NCBI GenBank assembly: GCA_000146045.2
Contig: BK006946.2
Coordinates: 860,432 to 924,431, forward strand
Length of the DNA: 64,000 nt
Source: TPA_inf: Saccharomyces
Taxonomy: Eukaryota
Direction: 5' to 3'
How positions within the stretch are numbered: the first letter of the stretch is position 1; every line of letters starts with the position of its first letter. Below the pieces are notes generated by a model. The model saw nothing but the letters and a program-made list of their open reading frames with translations, was not told the DNA's origin and made no database searches. Made by a program: the position numbers and the translations under genes. Positions 1 through 12,194 of the stretch are shown here, piece after piece.

Positions 1-460
1 TGTTCGAGGCCAAATTGAAAACATTGGTATACTTCTCCTGCAGGTTGTTTCTGGTGATAGTAATATGGTTCTGAATGGGCATTTCCATGGTGACGGGTGT
101 TTTGGCCACCCTCCACGATTGCTCATCGGTGGCAGAAGGGTCGACTAGAGGCTCGGGCTCCCAGTCCTCAATTAGCGCGTCAATCTCCTGGGGCGATAGG
201 TTGGGCTTCTGTGCTTGAAGACTCTTTTTCTGTTGTGGCTTGGACAAGTAATAGATGATCCCGTATAAAATAAGCCCTATCTCAACCGTGGTCCTGTATG
301 GATCGTCATGATGCGATTTCTTGATGTACGAAACGATGAATTGGCCTCCCGGGATTTGAGTCAACACCAGATTGAAGTAGTACCATAGGTACGATGAGGT
401 GGTAACAATAAATGCCGGAATCGGTATTGATTTGGGTAAAACCTCTGGGATGTGTGCCAT
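1..460 (-). CDS. LCB1: Serine palmitoyltransferase subunit LCB1 (YMR296C), N-terminal ~153 codons only; the 3' part lies beyond the window start
   Basis: Manual reverse-complement translation from the ATG at 458-460 gives MAHIPEVLPKSIPIPAFIVTTSSYLWYYFNLVLTQIPGGQFIVSYIKKSHHDDPYRTT... with no stop before position 1. It is absent from the ORF track because it is open at the window edge. It matches the Lcb1 N-terminus as I remember it. Confidence 0.8.
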   Translation of the reverse strand, partial: MAHIPEVLPKSIPIPAFIVTTSSYLWYYFNLVLTQIPGGQFIVSYIKKSHHDDPYRTTVEIGLILYGIIYYLSKPQQKKSLQAQKPNLSPQEIDALIEDWEPEPLVDPSATDEQSWRVAKTPVTMEMPIQNHITITRNNLQEKYTNVFNLASN

Positions 461-1490
461 TGCTTTTTTTTTTTGGGTGGGAAGGAAGAAAAAAGGATAA
501 ATAACCCTACACGAGCAAAATGTGTATATTGGAGGCCAGGCAGAAGGTTAGAGCGCTCTTATACTGTGCTACTCGATGATGTTGAAAAGAATTTTTTTTA
601 TTTTTCCTTTTCTTTTTCTTAAGTACTATATTTTCTCAATCTTACTTTCGTTCACTACAGTTAACCGCAGCAATATGCCCCTATAAAAAAGAATGAGTGA
701 AAAATTTGTTAGCAGAGAAGCAAGAAGGAAAGAAGGAAAAAAAAAAGAAACCGTGTAAGAAATCATGGCGCCTCAAAAAAAAAAAAATACGCGAAATCGA
801 TTTCCGTATATGATGATACATATGTTAGGTCTCTTATGGTAGTTTTTAGGGTCTGTCCTGTTTTTTGAAGGCATTGGTTAGGGTCTAGTAAGTAACTCGT
901 ATAAAGAGATGTACTTTTATACGGTATGTGTGGCGGTTATTTCCAGTGTTTTTTTTCCCTTATTTTGTGGGTTCATGGAAATAGTACATATTGACCTTCT
1001 GCACAAGAAGCCATATTGACAGAGCAGTATGTGAGGACCTTTCTTCTACACAATGTAACAGTCAATGGTTGTAGTCAATACCACGACCTTTACGTGCAGT
1101 TTTAGAGCGAAACTTCGGTTTTTTGAGACTTACCTCGTGTTTGTGTCTCCCTGGGAATGGAGCCGCGCCACCCTTGTCTATTATGTATAGTCTTATTTAA
1201 TCATAGCGATGTTGGTCATCCAGTACACTTCGGTAGCAACCTTCGTTTGTGATTGTCTTGGTAATTGCTTCCAACAACTTTATCCATCATTGAGACAGGG
1301 GCCATATCACCCGCGGGGTCTCAAAGAAGGGGCCCACTAATAAAAGCACGAGATAAGAATGCCAGCAAAAAAGCTCCGAAATAATTCTTTTCGTCTTCCC
1401 TCCTAGTCTTAACAAGACAAGAGAGAGAGAGAGAAAGAATACTCACTAGAGATTGTTTCTTTTCTACTCAACTTAAAGTATACATACGCT

Positions 1491-3089
1491 ATGAAAGCAT
1501 TCACCAGTTTACTATGTGGACTAGGCCTGTCCACTACACTCGCTAAGGCCATCTCATTGCAAAGACCGTTGGGTCTAGATAAGGACGTTTTGCTGCAAGC
1601 TGCGGAAAAATTTGGTTTGGACCTCGACCTGGATCATCTCTTGAAGGAGTTGGACTCCAATGTATTGGACGCTTGGGCCCAAATAGAGCATTTGTACCCA
1701 AACCAGGTTATGAGCCTTGAAACTTCCACTAAGCCAAAATTCCCTGAAGCAATCAAAACGAAGAAAGACTGGGACTTTGTGGTCAAGAATGACGCAATTG
1801 AAAACTATCAGCTTCGTGTCAACAAGATTAAGGACCCTAAAATCCTGGGCATTGACCCAAATGTCACACAGTACACGGGTTACTTGGATGTGGAAGACGA
1901 GGACAAGCATTTCTTCTTTTGGACTTTTGAAAGTAGAAACGATCCTGCAAAGGATCCGGTCATCCTTTGGTTGAACGGGGGTCCAGGTTGTTCTTCACTA
2001 ACCGGGCTGTTCTTTGAATTAGGACCCTCATCCATTGGACCTGATTTGAAACCCATCGGGAACCCTTACTCTTGGAACAGCAATGCCACCGTGATCTTCC
2101 TTGACCAGCCTGTCAACGTTGGGTTCTCGTATTCCGGGTCCTCAGGTGTTTCCAACACTGTCGCCGCTGGTAAGGATGTCTATAACTTCTTGGAGTTGTT
2201 CTTCGATCAGTTCCCTGAATACGTCAACAAGGGCCAAGATTTCCACATCGCTGGGGAATCCTACGCCGGCCATTACATCCCTGTTTTTGCCTCTGAAATT
2301 TTGTCTCACAAGGACAGAAACTTCAACTTAACCTCCGTCTTGATCGGAAATGGCCTCACTGACCCATTGACTCAGTATAACTATTACGAACCAATGGCCT
2401 GTGGTGAAGGTGGCGAACCATCTGTTTTGCCCTCGGAGGAATGCTCTGCTATGGAAGACTCTTTGGAACGTTGTTTGGGCTTGATCGAGTCGTGCTATGA
2501 CTCGCAATCCGTCTGGTCCTGTGTTCCAGCTACCATTTATTGTAATAACGCCCAATTGGCTCCTTACCAACGTACCGGCAGAAACGTTTACGATATCAGG
2601 AAGGATTGTGAAGGTGGCAATTTGTGCTACCCAACGTTACAAGATATCGACGACTACTTAAACCAGGACTACGTCAAAGAAGCTGTCGGTGCGGAGGTTG
2701 ACCACTACGAATCCTGTAACTTCGATATCAACAGAAATTTCCTGTTTGCGGGTGATTGGATGAAGCCTTACCACACCGCCGTAACAGATCTTTTGAATCA
2801 AGACCTACCCATTCTGGTATATGCAGGCGATAAAGATTTCATCTGTAACTGGTTGGGTAATAAGGCGTGGACGGATGTCTTGCCATGGAAGTACGACGAA
2901 GAATTTGCAAGCCAAAAAGTACGTAACTGGACTGCTTCTATCACCGACGAGGTCGCTGGTGAAGTCAAATCCTACAAGCACTTCACCTATTTGAGAGTCT
3001 TCAATGGTGGCCACATGGTTCCATTTGACGTCCCTGAAAACGCCTTAAGTATGGTTAACGAATGGATCCACGGTGGTTTCTCCTTATAA
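1491..3089 (+). CDS. PRC1: Vacuolar carboxypeptidase Y (serine carboxypeptidase), 532 aa
   Basis: Full-length ORF with an N-terminal signal peptide, the serine-carboxypeptidase active-site motif [10 protein letters not shown] and the C-terminal motif NGGHMVPFD. The sequence is recognisable as CPY. Confidence 0.95.
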   Translation: MKAFTSLLCGLGLSTTLAKAISLQRPLGLDKDVLLQAAEKFGLDLDLDHLLKELDSNVLDAWAQIEHLYPNQVMSLETSTKPKFPEAIKTKKDWDFVVKNDAIENYQLRVNKIKDPKILGIDPNVTQYTGYLDVEDEDKHFFFWTFESRNDPAKDPVILWLNGGPGCSSLTGLFFELGPSSIGPDLKPIGNPYSWNSNATVIFLDQPVNVGFSYSGSSGVSNTVAAGKDVYNFLELFFDQFPEYVNKGQDFHIAGESYAGHYIPVFASEILSHKDRNFNLTSVLIGNGLTDPLTQYNYYEPMACGEGGEPSVLPSEECSAMEDSLERCLGLIESCYDSQSVWSCVPATIYCNNAQLAPYQRTGRNVYDIRKDCEGGNLCYPTLQDIDDYLNQDYVKEAVGAEVDHYESCNFDINRNFLFAGDWMKPYHTAVTDLLNQDLPILVYAGDKDFICNWLGNKAWTDVLPWKYDEEFASQKVRNWTASITDEVAGEVKSYKHFTYLRVFNGGHMVPFDVPENALSMVNEWIHGGFSL

Positions 3090-3387
3090 AGCGTGTATGT
3101 GTAGGCATACCGTTTTTATTATCAGCTACGATCGAAATATATACGTTTTTATCTATGTTACGTTATATATTGTAGTCTTAACCATTTGTAAGTTTTGCTT
3201 CTTTTCTTTTATTCATTTCATAACATCATACTGTTTTACGTAATACCATCCTTAACTTTTTCCACCGAAGGGGAGGAAGAACTAAATTCTAGAAAAATGA
3301 AACCATTAAAAAAAAAGAAAACAATAGAGCTGCTTCTACAATTTTGCACATCAAAAAAGACCTCCAACTACCGAGTTTGTAAGTACA

Positions 3388-3840
3388 ATGTCTCAACCCA
3401 CTCCCATCATAACTACAAAATCAGCTGCTAAGCCAAAACCAAAAATTTTTAATTTATTCCGCGTTTGCTTCATTTCATTATTGCTGATCGCTGCGGTTGA
3501 ATACTTCAAGTATGGTACAAGAATTAACTATGAATGGTTCCATTGTACCCCAATCAAAGAACCCCAGTCTGGCTCAGTAATCAAGCTTTGGGCACGTGGT
3601 GGGCCAAGTTGTGACAAAAGAGGCGAATATAAAACTATAGTAAAGAGAATCACTAGAGATTATGAACCAAATGATGAACATCTCTCGTTCTGTATCATCG
3701 AGAATGATAATGTTCCACCCGTCCACTACCCAATTCACGAAGATAAAGGTGAACCTGGCTACGTAGCTTATGTCGGGTACGACACAGACTCTGAGCTGGT
3801 TCAAGAACTATGTGCTGATTCCACAATTTATCACATGTGA
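3388..3840 (+). CDS. LIP1: Ceramide synthase regulatory subunit Lip1, 150 aa, single N-terminal transmembrane segment
   Basis: 150-aa ORF with the hydrophobic stretch FNLFRVCFISLLLIAAVEYF. Its position immediately downstream of PRC1 matches YMR298W. Confidence 0.8.
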   Translation: MSQPTPIITTKSAAKPKPKIFNLFRVCFISLLLIAAVEYFKYGTRINYEWFHCTPIKEPQSGSVIKLWARGGPSCDKRGEYKTIVKRITRDYEPNDEHLSFCIIENDNVPPVHYPIHEDKGEPGYVAYVGYDTDSELVQELCADSTIYHM

Positions 3841-3980
3841 ATTCTTTCTTTTACATACATAAACATAGAAGAAATCCAACCCTGATATAGGGATTTATAA
3901 ATGCGTGTGCATATCTATATTTATACATATAAAGAGAAAAAAATTGCTCATGATAAAAGAAGTATCGCCTGCCCACTTTC

Positions 3981-4919
3981 CTAAATCCTCGAATTTTCCC
4001 TATATTTTGCGAACATTTTGCCTAATTCCTCTTGAATATTAACTTTGAAAACTTCTAAAGGATATAGTTTATCAAGGTCGATACCAGAGGTTGTTTTCCT
4101 ATCTTCTCTGATTTTATCAATTGTTGGTATAAAGTCCATATATCGGGCCAAAAAGTGTTGCTCTTTCACCTCAGTAGGCTCAAATCTTTCGTCTACTGTT
4201 TTTATCAATCCAATAGAATCGCACCCCTTCGGTATTAATATCTCACTGCGTTTGACCATTTCAATATGATCTTTCATATCTCTATCTTCACAAAAATGCT
4301 TTAGAAGCTCTTGGTATTTAAGCCTTTGTGCTTCCTCTCGTTTCTCTTCGGTATGGTCTTCGCATATATAGAATAGTGAGCTATCATTAAAATAGCAAAA
4401 CGATCTTAACGTTTGCAAAATGAAGTCAATATGTACTGACTGCCATACTGTAGTGTGTCTTTGTAAGTTTAATATTTCGCCACTGTTTAAGCACCATACA
4501 GAAAATTCATTATCGTCATTCAGTTGCTTAATTTTATTGAATGCGTAGGATAGTTCATTCAGCCACAACTTTTGGTCGTTCAGTGTCCAATCTAATAATA
4601 TGAGCCAGCGAACCTTCGAACTATGTTCTTGTAAAAACGGCTTTAGAAGATCTAGTGCATCGTCAGTGTTTCTTATTAGCGTGTAAACATCGACAGAATA
4701 ATTTTCCTTTAAGTCGTTGGTCCATCCTATGGTGGCGTAATTAATCAAAGTGGTATCCAGTATTGAATTGCTTCCCTCTGGAAAACAGATATTTATAAAT
4801 TGATGCAGTGTTTTACTTGATGGGGAATATATGATTGCTGTTATCGTAGCAGTCTCTGTGCTGTTGATTGTGGATTCATTCTGAGACAATAATTTGTCCC
4901 AGGCATTACAATTATCCAT
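3981..4919 (-). CDS. DYN3: Dynein light intermediate chain, ~312 aa
   Basis: The ORF is 316 aa. The start is placed at the second ATG (MDNCNAWDKLL...) to give the known 312-aa length. Its position between LIP1 and ADE4 matches YMR299C. Confidence 0.7.
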   Translation of the reverse strand: MDNCNAWDKLLSQNESTINSTETATITAIIYSPSSKTLHQFINICFPEGSNSILDTTLINYATIGWTNDLKENYSVDVYTLIRNTDDALDLLKPFLQEHSSKVRWLILLDWTLNDQKLWLNELSYAFNKIKQLNDDNEFSVWCLNSGEILNLQRHTTVWQSVHIDFILQTLRSFCYFNDSSLFYICEDHTEEKREEAQRLKYQELLKHFCEDRDMKDHIEMVKRSEILIPKGCDSIGLIKTVDERFEPTEVKEQHFLARYMDFIPTIDKIREDRKTTSGIDLDKLYPLEVFKVNIQEELGKMFAKYRENSRI

Positions 4920-5127
4920 TAATACATACAATTCTTTTATCTTCTTTTCTTTTTGTACAAGTTGCGGATTACTTCTCTTTGTTTACCTTTTTGCTTTTAT
5001 TTTTTTTTTTAATACGTGCATATATATATATATATTTAGTTTAGGTCAGAATACAAAGATAATTATGTATAAATGGGCGCATTTGGAAACTATTTTACAT
5101 ACAACTGAACAAGTTCGGAACAATCTA

Positions 5128-6660
5128 TCAATAATCTGCACAATTATATAATCCGATATCGACTTCAGCCTTCATATCTGATGAATTATTTGCGATCGAT
5201 TCACGTTTTTCTTCCAATTCTTGAATATAACCGTCTTCAACACCAGTGACATAATTTCCGGTAAATACACCATCTTCGAATTTGGTTATTTTATCAGTTT
5301 TACAACAATCAATCAAATCTTCCAATGATTGGTAAATGACTCTTTCACAACCGATTACTTCCGCCACTTCTTCATCGGTTCTGTTATAAGCAATCAAGTT
5401 CTTTGTGTCTGTTAAGTCAATACCATAAATATGGTTGTAACGAATGGCTGGGGCAGCTGAAGCGAAGTAAACCTTTGTTGCACCGGATTCCTTGGCCATG
5501 TTAACAATCTCTTTTGAAGTAGTACCTCTGACAATAGAATCATCCACTATCAGAACCTTCTTACCCTTAAATTCAGACTCCATAGGGTTAAGCTTCCTCC
5601 TTACTGAAGAAACCCTTTCCCTCTGGTTTGGCATGATAAATGTCCTGCCCACGTATCTGTTTTTAACAAAGCCCTCTCTATAAGGCTTCCCTAACACATT
5701 AGCACATTCTAGTGCACATGTTCTTGCAGTATCTGGGACGGGAATAACAACATCAATATCTTCTGGCTTCAGTTGCTTTAGAATATTTTCCGCTAATTTA
5801 GAACCCATAGCCAATCTTGTGTGATAAACTGATATTCCATCCAAGACACTGTCCGGTCTGGCGAAATATACGTATTCAAATAAATCAGGTCTATAAGAGT
5901 TAATAGGAACCACTTGTTTGAACTCAGGTTCACCTTTGCTACAGTTCTTAGGGATGATAACTGCCTCGCCAGGCTTTAAGTCACGATATTTAGTAAAGTT
6001 GTGAGCTTTGAAAACAACACTTTCTGAAGCTAACATATAGTCCTTAGTGCCGTCCGGATTTTCTCTTTCACCGAACAATAATGGCCTAATACCATTTGGA
6101 TCTCTGAAACCAAATAATGCAAAACCGGCAAGTAAACCAACGCAAGCATAACCGCCACGGCATAAACGGTAAACACCTTCTAACGCGTGGAAAACATCTT
6201 CATTGTTAACTCTGTACTTGTTATGTTTTTCCAGTTCAGCAGCAAAAATATTCAATAGTAACTCCGAATCACTGTCCGTGTTAATATGTCTATGAACGTC
6301 TTCATCCATATATCTCTTCAATGATGCAGTATTCACCAAGTTACCGTTATGTGCCAAGTTAATACCGTAAGGACTATTGACGTAAAATGGTTGCGCTTCT
6401 GAATTAGCCGAAGACCCGGCTGTAGGATATCTCAAGTGGGCAATACCCATGGAACCAGCAAGACCGGAAACACGTTGTTGGGTAAATACGTCACGAGCCA
6501 TACCATTACCTTTACATTGGTAGATTCTACCACGAGAACCACAGGTAGCTATACCAGCTGCATCTTGTCCACGATGTTGTAGAAAAATGCATCCATCACA
6601 TAACTCCGGAGCTACTGGAGTGGTTTGGTTTGCTAATACAATACCTAAAATACCACACAT
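5128..6660 (-). CDS. ADE4: Amidophosphoribosyltransferase (glutamine PRPP amidotransferase), 510 aa
   Basis: The ORF continues 29 codons upstream, but the true start must be the ATG giving MCGILGIVLA, because Cys2 is the N-terminal nucleophile of Ntn amidotransferases. The PRTase motif KVLIVDDSIVRGTT is present. Confidence 0.92.
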   Translation of the reverse strand: MCGILGIVLANQTTPVAPELCDGCIFLQHRGQDAAGIATCGSRGRIYQCKGNGMARDVFTQQRVSGLAGSMGIAHLRYPTAGSSANSEAQPFYVNSPYGINLAHNGNLVNTASLKRYMDEDVHRHINTDSDSELLLNIFAAELEKHNKYRVNNEDVFHALEGVYRLCRGGYACVGLLAGFALFGFRDPNGIRPLLFGERENPDGTKDYMLASESVVFKAHNFTKYRDLKPGEAVIIPKNCSKGEPEFKQVVPINSYRPDLFEYVYFARPDSVLDGISVYHTRLAMGSKLAENILKQLKPEDIDVVIPVPDTARTCALECANVLGKPYREGFVKNRYVGRTFIMPNQRERVSSVRRKLNPMESEFKGKKVLIVDDSIVRGTTSKEIVNMAKESGATKVYFASAAPAIRYNHIYGIDLTDTKNLIAYNRTDEEVAEVIGCERVIYQSLEDLIDCCKTDKITKFEDGVFTGNYVTGVEDGYIQELEEKRESIANNSSDMKAEVDIGLYNCADY

Positions 6661-7123
6661 TTTTTCTATTCTGCTGTTTGCTGTACCTCTTTCTTTGCTA
6701 AACTTATTAGAACGAAATCTACTACTTTCAAGACGATGTCTTCGCAACTATGACTTAAAAGTGAATAAAATTGTACGGTGGCTGTTGAAATTTTTCTAAA
6801 ATGAAAAAAAAAAAAACGAAGGACTTTACCTTGACTTAATAATAAGAATCTGAAAAGTACAAACCTATTATTGAAATTGTAAGTAAGCAAACTTTAAATA
6901 CACCGAAGCTCTGACATTTGCCGCATGAGCAGTCATTCGGATTCATGATCCCAGATTATATTTTATTATTCATGTTCGTTCTAACTCTGTCCTGTTATTT
7001 TCGGTCAGGAAGAGTCAATACATCGGGTCATTGAAAAACCGCGGAGAAAGATAATAACTTTTCTTTTTTCCTTAAATCTTGAAAAACTTATACATGTATA
7101 AATCAATATTTACTTACGAGCGT

Positions 7124-9196
7124 TCATAGTTCTTGCTGGTCTTTTAGTTCATTCTCTAAATGATCCAGATCTTCTTGTATGGTCCAAAGTTCGCGGTACA
7201 ATGACCCTGGCATAGCCAACAGTTCAAGATGCTTACCTTCCTCTCTTACTCTTCCGTTGTCAAGGACTATGATCTTGTCTGCATCTGCAATTGTCCTCAG
7301 TCTATGTGCGATGTATACACTCGTTCTCGAACCCGAAGTAAAGTTATCTCTAATGGTTCGTAAGAGAGCTTGTTCTGTGTGTGTGTCCAAGGCGCTTGTG
7401 GCCTCGTCAAAAAACATGATCCTTGCATTCTTCAATAGTACCCTTGCAATTGCCAGCCTTTGCTTTTCACCACCGCTGATCATCAACCCTCGCTCCCCGA
7501 CGATGGTGTCAAAACCTTGTGGTAATTTCTTGATTAAGGGTGCTAGCTGGGCTTTTTCAACTACAGTTATCACTTCCTCGTCGGTTGCGTCAATACGACC
7601 GAACTTTACATTTTCCCAGATAGTGTCATTGAAAAGTGGTGTGTCCTGTGGTACCACACCAATCACCTTCCTCAAGGCATCGATGTCATATTCTTTAATA
7701 TCTCTACCGTTTATGAGGATCCTTCCGCTTTCAGGATCATAAAATCTAAAGACTAATTTTAAAATGGTGGACTTCCCACTGCCCGAAGACCCAACTATTG
7801 CGGTTTTCCAGCCTGCTGGGATGGTAAAGCTGGCATTCTTTAAAATTTTCCTATCGGGATGATATCCAAACGTGACGTTCTCAAAAGTAATATCGTAGGG
7901 AACATTTTCTGGAAGCATTAAGGGACGTTCGGCATTTTTAATCTTGACTTCATTTTTTCTTAACTTAAATAGCGTTTCCATATCAATCAGAGACTGCTTT
8001 AAATCTCTGTAAACACTACCAAGAAAATTTAGCGGTACTGATAGTTGAAAAACCAACTGATTAATTAGAACCAAGTCACCAACTGTCAAGTTGCCACCAA
8101 TAACGCCGGTGCAACCCATATACATCATTGCAGTTAGGGCAGTAGTAAAAATTAGATTTTGGCCGGAGTTCAAAAATGCTAGAGATTGCGATACTTTAAT
8201 TTGAGAGTCACGATAGTTCATCAAGGAGCCATTATACTTATCTGCAAGATATTTTTCATTGTTGAAGTATTTTACCGCCTCAAAATTAATTAAAGAATCT
8301 AAAGCCACACTGGCAGCTTTGTTATCGGCCTTGTTAGCATCCCTTCTAAAATGTGTCCTCCATGCGGTCGTCTTTATAGTGAAAATGGAGTATAAAAGCA
8401 TTGTACTGAATGTTATTGCGGCAAATGACGCACCGAATTGATACGTCAAAATCCCACAAACGACAGATATTTCAAAACTTATAGGGATAATGTGGAATAC
8501 CATGGCCGTTAACACTTGAGATATACCCTTTGTACCTCTATCCATGGCCCTCGTCAGACCACCCGTTTGTCTACTCAAGTGCCATCCCAAATCTAACTTC
8601 ATAAGGTGCTGGAAAGTTTGTAGCGACACAGTTCTAATGGCATTCTGTGCCACTTTGGCAAATACGGCGTTCCTCAGTTCGCCGAATAAAACAGAGCCGA
8701 ACCTTGCAACACCATAGCAAAGAATGGTTAATCCAATCGCTGCCGGAAGGGCGACTGTAGGATCATCCCATGCTATATTCATTGAATCAATAGTTTGCTT
8801 GAAAAAAAAAGGTACTTGAACATTTAAAATTTTGGCGGATATCAACAGTCCAAGGGCAATCAGTACCCTTATCCTCACTTTATTGTTGCCTTTGGGCCAA
8901 ATATAGCGAAATAGATCTTTCAAGATTTTCAGTTCCGAGAGGGTTGGGGCCTTGCTGGTCTTTTTTACCTGAGTCTTCACTTTTGGAGCCGACGAGAATT
9001 GCTCGACGGATTTTTTGTGCGTAATATCCTTTTGTGCTTGATTCCATAAATTCACAGCTGAATTGAATAACAGAGGCCGCTGGGTTGATAACTTAGACAC
9101 AGTAAATATAACGGGCGAATGGTTCCGGATTAGACCAGATCTAAATTTTGATCTTACAATTCGCCCAATTACAGGACATCTTGGAAGAAGCAGCAT
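7124..9196 (-). CDS. ATM1: Mitochondrial inner-membrane ABC transporter (Fe-S cluster precursor exporter), 690 aa
   Basis: N-terminal mitochondrial presequence-like region, six transmembrane segments, Walker [13 protein letters not shown] signature LSGGEKQR and Walker [13 protein letters not shown]. Length and position match YMR301C. Confidence 0.9.
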   Translation of the reverse strand: MLLLPRCPVIGRIVRSKFRSGLIRNHSPVIFTVSKLSTQRPLLFNSAVNLWNQAQKDITHKKSVEQFSSAPKVKTQVKKTSKAPTLSELKILKDLFRYIWPKGNNKVRIRVLIALGLLISAKILNVQVPFFFKQTIDSMNIAWDDPTVALPAAIGLTILCYGVARFGSVLFGELRNAVFAKVAQNAIRTVSLQTFQHLMKLDLGWHLSRQTGGLTRAMDRGTKGISQVLTAMVFHIIPISFEISVVCGILTYQFGASFAAITFSTMLLYSIFTIKTTAWRTHFRRDANKADNKAASVALDSLINFEAVKYFNNEKYLADKYNGSLMNYRDSQIKVSQSLAFLNSGQNLIFTTALTAMMYMGCTGVIGGNLTVGDLVLINQLVFQLSVPLNFLGSVYRDLKQSLIDMETLFKLRKNEVKIKNAERPLMLPENVPYDITFENVTFGYHPDRKILKNASFTIPAGWKTAIVGSSGSGKSTILKLVFRFYDPESGRILINGRDIKEYDIDALRKVIGVVPQDTPLFNDTIWENVKFGRIDATDEEVITVVEKAQLAPLIKKLPQGFDTIVGERGLMISGGEKQRLAIARVLLKNARIMFFDEATSALDTHTEQALLRTIRDNFTSGSRTSVYIAHRLRTIADADKIIVLDNGRVREEGKHLELLAMPGSLYRELWTIQEDLDHLENELKDQQEL

Positions 9197-9641
9197 TTGC
9201 AGGTTGGAGTGGAATCTATCAACAACGATATACTTACGTTGCTCTGTCGCAATTTTCGAAATTGTACTCTTTGCTGTGCTGATTGCTTTGTTTGCGATTA
9301 TTAATGTAGAAAGTCATCGGAAAGCCCTCGCGCTCTTTCCCAGTGAAATTTCACGTGATGTAATCTGATGAAGGGCACGTATAGGTCAGTGACCTTTGCT
9401 GTGCAAATTGGGTAAGGTAATTTCTTTTAAAGACTTTAAGAATGGTAAAGTGAGGTACAACAACATATTATAAGACTTACTTGGTATGTACCTTACCTTC
9501 CTTAGATATTTTTCATGCTGCGTAGAAAATTGCACCATCTCCAATCGTCACTTTTATACATTTTCAAAAGAATATAGATGAGTATAGCAATATAGGGTTT
9601 ACACATATGTACAGAAAAGCAGAATAGTAAGTTTTGTTTCA

Positions 9642-12194
9642 TCACTTAGATAGGTTTTTAATTTCTTCTTCACATTTGGTAATGACTGCATTACTGGCAT
9701 TGATTTTACCGGATAAATAGTCCAATCTGGTCTTGAAAAGTTTCTGATCAGGAACTTTCCCCAAAGGTTTTAATTCTTCTTCCCATTTCTTGATTCTACC
9801 AGTTTCAAAACCCACAACCTTTAATAAGTAACGGGTTTTTAGCACTTTTGCGAGTTCAGGATCGTTGATCAAGTATGTGAATGCTGCCCTGTATAGCGGT
9901 TTGGCAGGCCTGATTTCCTGTAAAACACCCCTATCTCTAGATACAGTTATTAAACCATTATTCTCCAATTCCATGATTCCCGTTTCTGGTGCGGCTTTGA
10001 ATAATGGCTTGTTAACGATTTCATGGAATGGAATGACTGGGTTCGCACTCAATAATTCGATTAATTCCCAGGCTTGTGCACTTTTATTGCTGTCAATCTT
10101 GTCACTTAAAAACATTTGAGTTATTTGCTCAGAAGCCTGTTCAATCATTTTGTCTACTGCTTCCGAGGGCTCTTCTCCTGACTTTACCCTTCTTACAAAT
10201 GCCTGTAAGTCTAACATCCTACCACCCAATGGCTCTAAAGAAGCGTCAATTTCCTGTAATTCCTTTTCATTTAAAATAACCTCAGCTTTTTTGACACTCG
10301 TATCGGCCTCACTATCAGAATCATTATTTTCAGCAGTTTCCTTTTCTGATTCAGGTTCTTTTACGTTTTCACCCTTGGATTTTTTATTGTAATATAAGTA
10401 ATCCTCCAATTGGGATAATACATAGTTCCTCGAATTCTCTTTTGAGGCATCTGATAGGATTAGGTTTTTGAAGACTTGATTGGGTAGTGATTCGCTCAAT
10501 CTTTGGTTGGATGCAACGGTTTCCGTTAAGAAAATCACATGAGCAATATTCATTTGAACTAGCATAGCTGCCCAATCGGATAGTTCCTTATACACAAATC
10601 CATTTATTTCCGACTTGCCCTCAAACCTATCTATGACGATAACGGGTTTAGCTTCCGGATGTTGCTGTAGGTAATCTTCTTCCTTAACATTAACTGTCCC
10701 ATCACCGGTGGAAACAAAAGCCTTGTAATTCTTGAGAGCAATACGTCTAATGGACATCAATGAGGTAGTTAACATGTTTCTAAACCGAGATTCCTTCGTC
10801 TCAGACAACCCAGTTTTTTGCCCTGTTAATCCTTGCACTGTTAAATCAAGGACACCTGTGACAGAGTCAATCCATGGGAATATTGGGAAATAACCCAATT
10901 GACTAGCGGCATTTTTTAAAAACATAGGATCTGTTCTGGACTTAATCAATTTATCACAATCCAAATACAAAACATTTGCTCTATTTTGCAAAGTGTGTTG
11001 CATGACCAAATCATGTTTCCCTGAACCTCTAGGCCCCCTTATAACCACAAAAGTATTATTATTTTCTTCAAGCCACATTTTCAGGTCATTCACTTTCTCT
11101 ATTCTTTCCTCCCATAAATGCTTTCTTTGGTGATTATCATCAGGGCCGCCCCAGTAGTACTTGATAGAAGTCATGGTAGATGAGGTTAGCGTTTTCAGTT
11201 GTTTCCAAAACTTATTGTCCCACGATAAAGAATATTTGTGAGTGATCTTCTGTTCAATCGAAAATTCTCTTATAGGATCAAACACTAAAACAGCAAAGAT
11301 TGAAAGTAGCGCAAATAAAACTGGAATAGCAATCCTTGTATGGTTGGTGAAAAAATTACTAACTAGATGGCCTCTTCTGATATTTTCGTATTGTATGTGT
11401 AAGACGGTATTATGAATTTCGATACCGGAAACACAATTCTTGGCAGAAATGGCACCACGGAATGAACGGTATCTTACCTTTGCCACATTGTTGTTAGCAG
11501 CAGTGGGAGGGAAAATATCAATAATTGTCCCATATCTTCTGAATAAAGAGTATATTTCTTCTTCTGTTAAGGCGGGCCCTTGGAACTTGATGACTATAGT
11601 GGTACTTGGTAGTCTTCTTAAATCCTCAATCCAAGGCGAACCCTTTACTGGGAAGGCAGAAGCTCGAGTGAAGTACGAGAGTAAGTTTTTAGAGGATTCT
11701 CTGGCTGTATTCTGTTGGATTAGAGAATTTACCTGAGCTTTTGTATACTTGGGTGGAACGACAAATGTGGCAAATACACCACCATCCCTTTTCACTGGAA
11801 TGGTAGACTTCAACTCCAGTCCATAAATGGGGTTATTGGGTGGACTGGCTAAATTCCTTATTTTCTCCCTCACTGCATCCCGTGACTGGTTTCTTAGCAG
11901 GAGATTGTACCACAGTGTTGGATTCCAAACCGAGGTGGTTCTAGCGTAAACATTATCGAAATATATCAGAGTTTCTTCATCTGATTTGTGAATAACACCA
12001 GTATCGGTGGCGGTGTTTGACTCTCCTGCCTGCTGATCCTTTTGCTGGATCTCGCTCGACACATGTCTCACTGAGGGTTGGGCATTCATCAGGTTCGCTA
12101 GTCTATATTTGCCCTTGAGGATGCCTATTCCTCTGGCGAGGCATGGCACTGGCATCCTTGACACATTCAGGGAAGTCGTTCGTACTAGCAACAT
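9642..12194 (-). CDS. YME2: Mitochondrial inner-membrane protein Yme2/Prp12, 850 aa
   Basis: 850-aa ORF with an N-terminal mitochondrial targeting-like sequence, an RRM-like region, a transmembrane segment (IAIPVLFALLSIFAVLVF) and an acidic C-terminal region. Length and position match YMR302C. Confidence 0.85.
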   Translation of the reverse strand: MLLVRTTSLNVSRMPVPCLARGIGILKGKYRLANLMNAQPSVRHVSSEIQQKDQQAGESNTATDTGVIHKSDEETLIYFDNVYARTTSVWNPTLWYNLLLRNQSRDAVREKIRNLASPPNNPIYGLELKSTIPVKRDGGVFATFVVPPKYTKAQVNSLIQQNTARESSKNLLSYFTRASAFPVKGSPWIEDLRRLPSTTIVIKFQGPALTEEEIYSLFRRYGTIIDIFPPTAANNNVAKVRYRSFRGAISAKNCVSGIEIHNTVLHIQYENIRRGHLVSNFFTNHTRIAIPVLFALLSIFAVLVFDPIREFSIEQKITHKYSLSWDNKFWKQLKTLTSSTMTSIKYYWGGPDDNHQRKHLWEERIEKVNDLKMWLEENNNTFVVIRGPRGSGKHDLVMQHTLQNRANVLYLDCDKLIKSRTDPMFLKNAASQLGYFPIFPWIDSVTGVLDLTVQGLTGQKTGLSETKESRFRNMLTTSLMSIRRIALKNYKAFVSTGDGTVNVKEEDYLQQHPEAKPVIVIDRFEGKSEINGFVYKELSDWAAMLVQMNIAHVIFLTETVASNQRLSESLPNQVFKNLILSDASKENSRNYVLSQLEDYLYYNKKSKGENVKEPESEKETAENNDSDSEADTSVKKAEVILNEKELQEIDASLEPLGGRMLDLQAFVRRVKSGEEPSEAVDKMIEQASEQITQMFLSDKIDSNKSAQAWELIELLSANPVIPFHEIVNKPLFKAAPETGIMELENNGLITVSRDRGVLQEIRPAKPLYRAAFTYLINDPELAKVLKTRYLLKVVGFETGRIKKWEEELKPLGKVPDQKLFKTRLDYLSGKINASNAVITKCEEEIKNLSK

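Noticed and set aside
3195-3431. 78-aa ORF overlapping the LIP1 start region
   Set aside because: AT-rich promoter and 5' region read-through. It overlaps the well-supported LIP1 ORF in another frame.
7179-7742. 187-aa plus-strand ORF inside ATM1
   Set aside because: Entirely antisense to the conserved ABC-transporter coding sequence; spurious.
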